From IMG/VR virus record IMGVR_UViG_3300020196_000003: a DNA stretch of 64,000 nucleotides. The stretch is one strand, 5' to 3'. Origin of the DNA: a virus. Both the position numbers and the translations under genes were made by a program. Shown in pieces: positions 56,975-64,000 of this stretch (position 1 is its first letter; the number at the start of each line of letters is the position of its first letter). The notes beneath the pieces are model-generated. The model searched no databases. It was not told where the DNA came from and was given only the letters and a program-made list of their open reading frames with translations.

Positions 56975-58753
56975 TTATTTTATTAATCCACCGAACAACC
57001 AACCATAATTTTTATAATCATCTATTGTTGAACTACTATTATTTAATCCCATCCGTTCGTTCAAAACATTTTGATTTGGAATTAATGGATCAAAATGTAC
57101 TTCTTTTTTAACAGATTCACCATTAACAACCGCCCAAGAATCAATCATAACTTTTGCTTGTTCGGTTGCCTTTTCTAACTTTGAAAATGATGACTCGGCG
57201 ATATAAATCGCCATTGAGATTCCCATAATTAAGTCGTCATGTTGCCCCTTTTGGTGATCTGGTCTTCCGTTGATATAAACAAAAGTATTCATCTCATTAT
57301 ATAAACGAACACTTCTTATTTTGAATTTGTGTCTTACCCACTCCTCAAAAGCCGCAATAATTTGAACTCGTTTATTATTAAAGTTTATACCTGGTATTTT
57401 TTCTGTTGATGATTTATTGACCGCCCAAATATTAAAAGGATCTATTCCATCAACATATAAACTTTTATATCCAAGTTCTTGCATTTTTCTAATTGTAGTT
57501 ATACCCATACCACCAGTTATATCCACTACAACAAAAGCGTTATACATCATACCCCACTTATAGGCAATTTCAGCTAAATTATCAGGTGGTATTTTTCCAA
57601 CATATTCCAAAACTTGTTCTCTTTTATCAAAATCAATAATTTGTATTGACGAAAAGTCTTCACTATCTCCACGAGAAACGTCAACGCCCATTATGTACTT
57701 ATGACCCTCAACAGGCTCTTTCCAAATCCATAAAGAGTTACCCATTAATTTAGAAGGAGGGTCCATTAAATAGTTGTTTTTTATTTCTTCAAGCTGTTTG
57801 TTTTCAAAAACATTATCACCAGAACCTAGAAACTCACAATTCAACTCCTGATTAATTTTTCTTTTATCGTATTTAAGTTTCTTAACCATTTTTTCATACC
57901 ATGTTGAACATGGTTTATATCCTTGTTTAAAAAACATTTCTAATTCTTGATAATCTCTTTGATACGGGTCAACATGCGCAAAAGATATATTTTTTGATTC
58001 ATCATATTCTTCTTTATTTATAAGATAATGTATTAAATCATCTGTTGGAACTAAATAAAGATCCTTTGTGTATCTAGGATCTCTGTACCAATACATTTCA
58101 GAAATTTTGAATTGGTTCATTCCTTTTAAAGCTTGATCGTAAATTTCATAATAAATTTGGTCATAACCATTTGGTGTTGATACTACAATTACTTTACCAC
58201 CCGTAGATAAGGAAGCCATACAAGCCGCCCAAAAGTCGTTGTCCGCCTCAATAAACGCCGCCTCATCAAATACAAGAATTGTAGGTGTGAATCCACGAAG
58301 TGCATCCTTTGATGTTGCAACCGCCTTAACCTCAGAACCATTATTTAATTTATAATGTCTTTGTGAATTTTTTTCAACAGCAAAACCAGCACCAACCCAA
58401 GAAGGCCATTGATCAATAAAAGACCTAATCTTATTTGCCATTTCTTGAGATGTATCAAGTTTGTTTGCAATAATTAGAATTTTTTCAGGTTGTGTTTTTT
58501 TTGCAAAAACTAATCTTTTTGAAATCCATGCAGCAGTCACGGTAGAAACTCCGGCTTGTCGATATTTCAGAGCAATATTTTCTTCGTATTCTTCATAGTC
58601 TTTTAAAAGTAATATTTGATCAGGAAATAATTCTAAAGGGACATACTTAGAAACCGTATTGTCGTATGTTTGAAGATACGTTCTAAGAGCATATGGAGTA
58701 TCTTTGAGACACTTCACATATTCTATCATTACTTGTTCTTTACTTAGACCCAT
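56975..58753 (-). CDS. T4 gp17-like terminase large subunit
   Basis: KYRQAGVST (variant Walker A), LVFDEAAF, VSTPNG, QELNCEFLGS, GVDVSRG, HDDLIM. Confidence 0.95.
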   Translation of the reverse strand: MGLSKEQVMIEYVKCLKDTPYALRTYLQTYDNTVSKYVPLELFPDQILLLKDYEEYEENIALKYRQAGVSTVTAAWISKRLVFAKKTQPEKILIIANKLDTSQEMANKIRSFIDQWPSWVGAGFAVEKNSQRHYKLNNGSEVKAVATSKDALRGFTPTILVFDEAAFIEADNDFWAACMASLSTGGKVIVVSTPNGYDQIYYEIYDQALKGMNQFKISEMYWYRDPRYTKDLYLVPTDDLIHYLINKEEYDESKNISFAHVDPYQRDYQELEMFFKQGYKPCSTWYEKMVKKLKYDKRKINQELNCEFLGSGDNVFENKQLEEIKNNYLMDPPSKLMGNSLWIWKEPVEGHKYIMGVDVSRGDSEDFSSIQIIDFDKREQVLEYVGKIPPDNLAEIAYKWGMMYNAFVVVDITGGMGITTIRKMQELGYKSLYVDGIDPFNIWAVNKSSTEKIPGINFNNKRVQIIAAFEEWVRHKFKIRSVRLYNEMNTFVYINGRPDHQKGQHDDLIMGISMAIYIAESSFSKLEKATEQAKVMIDSWAVVNGESVKKEVHFDPLIPNQNVLNERMGLNNSSSTIDDYKNYGWLFGGLIK

Positions 58754-58791
58754 ATAAAATAAATATCATTTCGGGACTTTTGTTGTAAAGA

Positions 58792-59643
58792 TTATTTTTT
58801 ACCAATAGAAAACATTTTACCAATTGGTAATTCAACAGGTGCTTCATCAGAAAACATTGTATTTTTTTTTGGTTTTCTAATGATCATTGATTTGAAATTT
58901 TTAGACTTTTTTTTTACAGCCTCAATAAGATCTTTTTTAGTCATTCTTGGTTTGATTTGCGAATCTACCATTTCAAAAATTTTTTTTTCTAAAAATTTTT
59001 CTAAATTTTCGTTTGTTTTCTTCTTCTTTTTATAATCTACCGTTTTTTCGGGGTGTTTTTTCTCGGGCATATCTTTGTATTGTTTTTTAGAGGTTGAGTC
59101 CGAGAACTCTTTTGCCATTTTACACCACTTACAATTTTTAGACGCACATTTATTACAACGTGCCCAAAACAAACCTTGTTGAGCCTTTGACTCGAACTTT
59201 TCATTAATTTCAGACTCCGCCATACCCATCATTGATCGATTATTTCCTGAATCATTGTCCATACCATCATCCGCCATGTCATTAGCGTCGTGAGGTGCCT
59301 CTTGCCCTGTGTAAGCTTGTGTTGCAATTTTACCTAACGCATTTGATGATGTGACACTATCAGTTTGATCTTCAGTCATTTCAGTTTCAACAACTTCAAC
59401 AGTTCCTGGTTCGGCATTTGCCACTGGTTTCAAACTTACTTGTGTTTGACCGGGTTTTAAAGGTACAACACCACCCTTAGGTCCAACAGTAGTTGTTTGT
59501 TGTACTTGCTCCTTATTTTCCTTTTTATTTAATTTTTTAAACTTTTCAACCAAAACATTGATCTGTCGATCAGTCATCTTATTTATCGTGGTTGACGATA
59601 TCCCGTTTTCGATGAGGAAAATTATATTTTTTTTAGTTTTCAT
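58792..59643 (-). CDS. hypothetical protein with CxxC-x3-CxxC motif
   Basis: FESKAQQ...CNKCASKNCKWC..AKEF; start at ATG 59643. Confidence 0.65.
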   Translation of the reverse strand: MKTKKNIIFLIENGISSTTINKMTDRQINVLVEKFKKLNKKENKEQVQQTTTVGPKGGVVPLKPGQTQVSLKPVANAEPGTVEVVETEMTEDQTDSVTSSNALGKIATQAYTGQEAPHDANDMADDGMDNDSGNNRSMMGMAESEINEKFESKAQQGLFWARCNKCASKNCKWCKMAKEFSDSTSKKQYKDMPEKKHPEKTVDYKKKKKTNENLEKFLEKKIFEMVDSQIKPRMTKKDLIEAVKKKSKNFKSMIIRKPKKNTMFSDEAPVELPIGKMFSIGKK

Positions 59644-60040
59644 ACACCACTTCTTTTTCAAATTGTAACACGATATCTCTTTCGTATAATTTATTTTTTA
59701 CATTCTCTTCAGTCTCTCCGAAATGAAATACCAATCTTTTTATTAAAGAAAAATCTTTATCGTCATTTTCTTTTTCCCAACCCAAAGCAATCACTCCGTC
59801 CATAGAGTCGATCATTGAAAACACATCGGAATTTTGAACTAAATCAAACTCAACATTTTCATTAATTAAAGTTCCAACTTTTTTTATGTATTCGATGTCA
59901 GGAGGAGAAGGGTATCCATTTGATGGTTTGGATTCCCAATTTTCTCCAAAAACTTCAATGTTGTCCGAATAAATAAATTCATAAATGTTGTCTCCTTTAT
60001 AGTTAGGTCCTAAACCATTTATGTAAATTAAATAATTCAT
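59633..60040 (-). CDS. hypothetical protein
   Basis: 135-aa coupled ORF. Confidence 0.7.
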   Translation of the reverse strand: MNYLIYINGLGPNYKGDNIYEFIYSDNIEVFGENWESKPSNGYPSPPDIEYIKKVGTLINENVEFDLVQNSDVFSMIDSMDGVIALGWEKENDDKDFSLIKRLVFHFGETEENVKNKLYERDIVLQFEKEVVYEN

Positions 60041-61584
60041 AAAATTAATCCATTAACAGTAATTTTAACTTCGTTGATTCCTTGTTTGAAAATTAAATTC
60101 TTTTTGTTAGACAAACCTATTAATTTAGTTTTAGGATTTTTTTTAATAAAATCTAAAGCTTGATCTAATTGAGAAACAGTTTTGGCAAGTTTAATAATAC
60201 TATCTTTATTATTCTTATAATTTATCTCATGTAATACTTTTTCTTTAGGGGTTACAGAAAAATAGTTGCTCAGTATTTTATCAACGGTTGATTCGCCAAA
60301 CGTTCCATGAGAGAGTCTTTCTGTATCGGGATAAAGATGTCTTTTTCTTCTATGGGAACGGTAGTCATCCTCCCCTACGTCTTCGAAATCAATTTCTTCT
60401 AAATCAGGATCATACTCTTCAACTTGTTCACCCGACATTTTACTCATGGCCAAATTACCGTATGCTGCTGGTATATAATCTCTTAATGCTCCTCCTAAGG
60501 TATCGTATCCTTCACCCATTTCAGGTGGTGCGGGAATTTCTCCACCCTCTATTGGCGGTTCAGGTAATTCTCCTTCGGGTGCGGGTGGCGGCTCGGGAAG
60601 TTCTCCTTCAACATCAGTTTCAATTTCTTCCCCTTCTTCCTCTTCATCACCCTCAACACCTTCTAATTTTGATATAATTGATTCTATGTCGTCCTCATCT
60701 AAAACATCAACATCGAGAGCTGATAAAATAGAGTTAACAATATATTTAACATTTTGAGAAGAAAGTTCTTTTTCTTCGCCATATGACCTGATTTTTTGAG
60801 CTAATTTACCAACTAAAATTTGAATTCTTTTGAGATCAGATACTTTTTTTTCTTTTGGTTTTTCTTCCGCATCAAATTCCATTTCTTCCTCTTCTCCTTC
60901 TACAGGTGGTAATTCTCCTTCCTCTCCTGCTGCATTCGGAGCAGGTGGTAACCCTTCTTCCTCTCCTGTCGCACTTGGAGTAGGTGGTAATTCTCCTTCC
61001 TCCCCTGTCGCACTTGGAGTAGGTGGTAATTCTCCTTCTACAGGGGGTAATCCTTGTTCTTCTGCACTTGGAACGGGTGGTAATTCTGCTCCACCTTCTG
61101 TATTGGGTACAGGCGGTAATCCTGCGTCGCCTTCTCCACTAGGAACAGGCGGTAATCCTGCCCCACCTTCTGCGCTTTGAGCAGGTGGAGACTCAACTTT
61201 TTTTTTGGTCTTTAGTATGAACTTTTTTTTTTGCTCACCAATTAGTGCGGTTCCTTCTTCATTTTCATGAAGTGCATTAATTTCTTTTGTGATTAGATTT
61301 AATCTTTTTAGAGCTTGTGAGTATGCGTTATAATATCTTCTTGCCTTCATAGGCTCGATGTATTCTGACTCCGATTCATTAATCGCCAATTTGATTATAT
61401 AACCTTGTCTTTCTTTTTCGATACGATAAACATTACCGTCAGCCAAGTGGATACTATATTCTGTGGATTTAGTTTCATTTATTTGTTGTGGGATATTTTC
61501 TTTAAAACGAGCAATTTCCATAATTCGTCTAAGTTTATTCATCCCTTCGAGTCTTTCACTTCCAATAGGTTTTATTCCTCCCAT
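60037..61584 (-). CDS. acidic Pro/Glu-repeat protein, possibly head-internal
   Basis: Repeats of (E/G)LPP(V/T)P in the central region. Confidence 0.7.
   Translation of the reverse strand: MGGIKPIGSERLEGMNKLRRIMEIARFKENIPQQINETKSTEYSIHLADGNVYRIEKERQGYIIKLAINESESEYIEPMKARRYYNAYSQALKRLNLITKEINALHENEEGTALIGEQKKKFILKTKKKVESPPAQSAEGGAGLPPVPSGEGDAGLPPVPNTEGGAELPPVPSAEEQGLPPVEGELPPTPSATGEEGELPPTPSATGEEEGLPPAPNAAGEEGELPPVEGEEEEMEFDAEEKPKEKKVSDLKRIQILVGKLAQKIRSYGEEKELSSQNVKYIVNSILSALDVDVLDEDDIESIISKLEGVEGDEEEEGEEIETDVEGELPEPPPAPEGELPEPPIEGGEIPAPPEMGEGYDTLGGALRDYIPAAYGNLAMSKMSGEQVEEYDPDLEEIDFEDVGEDDYRSHRRKRHLYPDTERLSHGTFGESTVDKILSNYFSVTPKEKVLHEINYKNNKDSIIKLAKTVSQLDQALDFIKKNPKTKLIGLSNKKNLIFKQGINEVKITVNGLIL
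60895..61170. repeat. degenerate ~39-42 bp coding repeats (LPPxP)
   Basis: GGTAATTCTCC/GGTAATCCT units; near-exact 42-bp duplication at ~60962-61040. Confidence 0.7.
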
Positions 61585-61660
61585 GTTTTTTTATTTTAAC
61601 AGAAATTATTTTTTATTAATAAATATATCGATAAATACAATTATTTTTGTTTCTATTGAT

Positions 61661-62398
61661 TTATTGTTTCATAGAGAGTTTTTTGTCTATGACTTTATTT
61701 GGAACATCGTATAGTTTTTCGATGTACCCGTTTCTTCTTAGTAATTTAAAAACTAAATTTTCTAAAGACATTTCGCCATCTTTTTCTAAACCACAGTTTC
61801 TAAACTTCTTAAGTTTTTCTTTATATTTTTTTACCAAAGATTTAATTTCGTTAGGATTTTCATCTTCTATGTTGTCAACAACACCATCAATTATTCTCAT
61901 CCATTGTGACGCTTTGTCTTTTAATAATTTCTTATCAATATTATCAACACCAAGTTTTTTTGGTTCATTCATCCACATATCATAAAGAATAGAATAGATA
62001 CCACTACTAAAAGTTGTTTCATCTTCCTTCTGTACAAAACACTCAACATCATAACCAAACATTGTAATATTATGTTTTTGATTAAAAACTACTTTTTTTA
62101 GATCAAAGAATTCGAGATATAAATCTTTTGAGTTTTCAGAAAACTGATCGAAATTAACAACTACGTGTAAATCAATATCAGAATATTTTGACCAGTTGTA
62201 ATTAACTAAAGAACCAATCATAATAATATCAGTGATTATTAAATCAACCCCTAATGAATCGATAAAAAGGTTGGCAACCTCCAAAAGTCTTTCTCTAACG
62301 TCAGGTCTCATCATATACGACTTACCATCCTTTTCCCAAATTTTTAAATTGAGTTCGTCTTGAGATTTAAAACTTTTAATAACATCGGTATTATACAT
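61661..62398 (-). CDS. Pol-beta-superfamily nucleotidyltransferase
   Basis: IGSLVNYNWSKYSDIDLH (GS...DxD) and downstream DVECF. Confidence 0.8.
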   Translation of the reverse strand: MYNTDVIKSFKSQDELNLKIWEKDGKSYMMRPDVRERLLEVANLFIDSLGVDLIITDIIMIGSLVNYNWSKYSDIDLHVVVNFDQFSENSKDLYLEFFDLKKVVFNQKHNITMFGYDVECFVQKEDETTFSSGIYSILYDMWMNEPKKLGVDNIDKKLLKDKASQWMRIIDGVVDNIEDENPNEIKSLVKKYKEKLKKFRNCGLEKDGEMSLENLVFKLLRRNGYIEKLYDVPNKVIDKKLSMKQ

Positions 62399-62417
62399 AT
62401 TAATAAATACCTACTGA

Positions 62418-62660
62418 TTATAGTTTCTTATACTTATGAACTTTTGAAATGTTCGTATTGAAAAAATTACCCTGTGATTGTGCCGATCTGAATTGAGTAT
62501 ACTTTTGATGAGGTACATCATCATATTCATATTTTGCTCCGTTTTTAAACTCAGCAATCATTTTTTTTGTTAAAGTATCGTATTGTGTTCTAACAATGTT
62601 TGAAGATTCTACTTCATTTAAAATTGTAGTTCCACTAATTATTTCGCTTGTTATTGCCAT
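62418..62660 (-). CDS. KTSC-domain protein
   Basis: VESSNI...YD....M..EFKNG..YEY.DVP...Y..F..A.SQG.FFN..I. Confidence 0.88.
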   Translation of the reverse strand: MAITSEIISGTTILNEVESSNIVRTQYDTLTKKMIAEFKNGAKYEYDDVPHQKYTQFRSAQSQGNFFNTNISKVHKYKKL

Positions 62661-62955
62661 CTTCGTCTCTTAATGGGGTTATGTCATCTATGTGACTAAG
62701 TTTTTTTATAATATAATTACTAACTTCTTGTCCGTCAACATCAAAACCATAATCTCTTATTGTTCGGTCTGTTTCTCGAACTAATTGTTGGAATTTTGAA
62801 TGTAAAGTCATCAAGTCATTTGGATAATATGGTGGCCTTTCAACATCTTTTTGTGTCCAACCTTCTATTTGAAAAATTTCTCTAATTTCGAAATACATAT
62901 CTTCTAACTCATTTGTTAATTCTAAAGTTTCTGCGAATTTTTTCCAAGCTTTCAT
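62635..62955 (-). CDS. hypothetical protein
   Basis: 106-aa ORF; motif at 62960-62966. Confidence 0.65.
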   Translation of the reverse strand: MKAWKKFAETLELTNELEDMYFEIREIFQIEGWTQKDVERPPYYPNDLMTLHSKFQQLVRETDRTIRDYGFDVDGQEVSNYIIKKLSHIDDITPLRDEDGNNKRNN

Positions 62956-62970
62956 GACTATAAATATATG

Positions 62971-62998
62971 AAAAAAAAATCCACCCGAAGGTGGATTT
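62971..62998 (-). terminator. rho-independent terminator with cUUCGg tetraloop
   Basis: Minus strand: AAATCCACC-TTCG-GGTGGATTT followed by a T-run, downstream of dnaK. Confidence 0.85.
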
Positions 62999-63020
62999 AA
63001 TTTATTTCAATCTTGAGAGA

Positions 63021-64000
63021 TTATTTTACTTCTTCGAACTCAACATTTTGGAAGTCTTCTTCTGTAACTTCATCATTAGGTGTTGTTTGATTTGTTTGTT
63101 CATACAACTTTTGACTTATCTCTTGAAACTTTTTATTGACTTCTTCGGTAAGTGTTTTAACTTGTGAAATATCTTTCTTATTACAAGCTTCTCTTAATTT
63201 CTCAACTTTGGAGTTAATTTCAGATTTTTCTTCTTCAGAGATTTTGTCACCAAGATCCTCGAGTGATTTACCAACTTGGAACATTAATGAATCTGCCGAA
63301 TTTAAAGTATCAGCGTCTTCTTTAAGTTTTTTGTCCGCCTCAGCATTTATTTCAGCCTCCCTTTTCATTCTTTCAACTTCTTCTTTTGAAAGACCTGATG
63401 ATGACTCAATACGAATAGATTGAACTTTATTTGTTGCTTTGTCGACCGCAGATACATTGATTATACCGTTCGCGTCAATATCGAAAGTTACTTCGATTTG
63501 AGGAGTTCCTCGTCTTGCTGGTGGAATACCGTCCAAATTAAATTTACCAATAGTTCTGTTGTCTTTTGCCATCGCTCTTTCTCCTTGAAGAACATGAATT
63601 TCTACCGTTGGTTGGTTATCAACTGCCGTTGAGAATGTTTCAGATTTTTTTGTTGGAATAGTTGTGTTTGCATCAATTAGTTTTGTAAATACGCCACCCA
63701 TTGTTTCAATACCCAATGAAAGTGGAGTTATATCCAATAATAATACATCAGTAACATCACCACCCAAAACACCACCTTGAATTGCGGCCCCTAAGGCAAC
63801 CACCTCGTCGGGATTAACCCCTTTTGAAGGATCTTTACCAAAAAATTTTTTTACGGCTTCTTGAATTGCTGGAATACGTGTTGATCCTCCCACCAAAATA
63901 ATCTCATCAATATCACTTGGTTTTAAACCAGCCTTTTTCAAGGCCGATTCACATGGTCTAATTGTTCTTTTTACCAAATCCTCAGTTAGTTGATCGAATT
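63021..64000 (-). CDS. dnaK: Hsp70 chaperone DnaK, C-terminal part (runs off window end)
   Basis: [59 protein letters not shown]. Confidence 0.97.
   Translation of the reverse strand, partial: FDQLTEDLVKRTIRPCESALKKAGLKPSDIDEIILVGGSTRIPAIQEAVKKFFGKDPSKGVNPDEVVALGAAIQGGVLGGDVTDVLLLDITPLSLGIETMGGVFTKLIDANTTIPTKKSETFSTAVDNQPTVEIHVLQGERAMAKDNRTIGKFNLDGIPPARRGTPQIEVTFDIDANGIINVSAVDKATNKVQSIRIESSSGLSKEEVERMKREAEINAEADKKLKEDADTLNSADSLMFQVGKSLEDLGDKISEEEKSEINSKVEKLREACNKKDISQVKTLTEEVNKKFQEISQKLYEQTNQTTPNDEVTEEDFQNVEFEEVK

Noticed and set aside
1-64000. Alternative genetic code (TAG/TGA recoding as in some large phages)
   Set aside because: Core genes are full length in code 11, and TAG and TGA both terminate genes at sensible positions
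1-64000. tRNA/rRNA genes, introns or inteins in terminase, portal and MCP
   Set aside because: No cloverleaf-like intergenic sequence or intein motifs noticed by eye; tRNAscan-SE not run

Overview
AT-rich, densely coding 64 kb fragment of a large T4-like (gp17/gp20/gp21/gp23-type) dsDNA phage. The host is most likely Bacteroidota: the phage bS21 carries the Bacteroidia-type KAxYIQ C-terminus, and I noticed no Shine-Dalgarno motifs at the starts inspected. Right third: head module (terminase, portal, prohead protease, scaffold, major capsid) with an antisense bS21, an HNH endonuclease, a nucleotidyltransferase, a KTSC protein and a partial DnaK. Middle: a ~20 kb glycosylation operon (GT2/4/10/11/25-like transferases, Gmd, Fcl, DegT aminotransferase, methyl- and cytidylyltransferases) with dUTPase, exonuclease and PhoH, then a gp55-like sigma factor and baseplate-like genes. 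Left: the best candidate for an undescribed system. A 1564-aa fibre with ~359 Pro-free Gly-X-Y (mostly Gly-[Thr/Ser]-[Ser/Asn/Asp]) triplets sits beside protein-acting O-glycosyltransferase families: a TibC/AAH-type iron-finger heptosyltransferase-like domain fused to GT4 and FkbM domains, and a GT60 polypeptide GlcNAc-transferase. Mucin-like Pro-Thr proteins are nearby. Together these suggest a phage-encoded virion glycoprotein (glycan-coat) system. The fibre module lies in a ~10.7 kb cassette that appears to have replaced a homologous resident locus in inverted orientation, leaving gene scars at both ends. A TATTTAT motif precedes ~18 genes. All family calls come from motif recognition by eye; no database searches were run.
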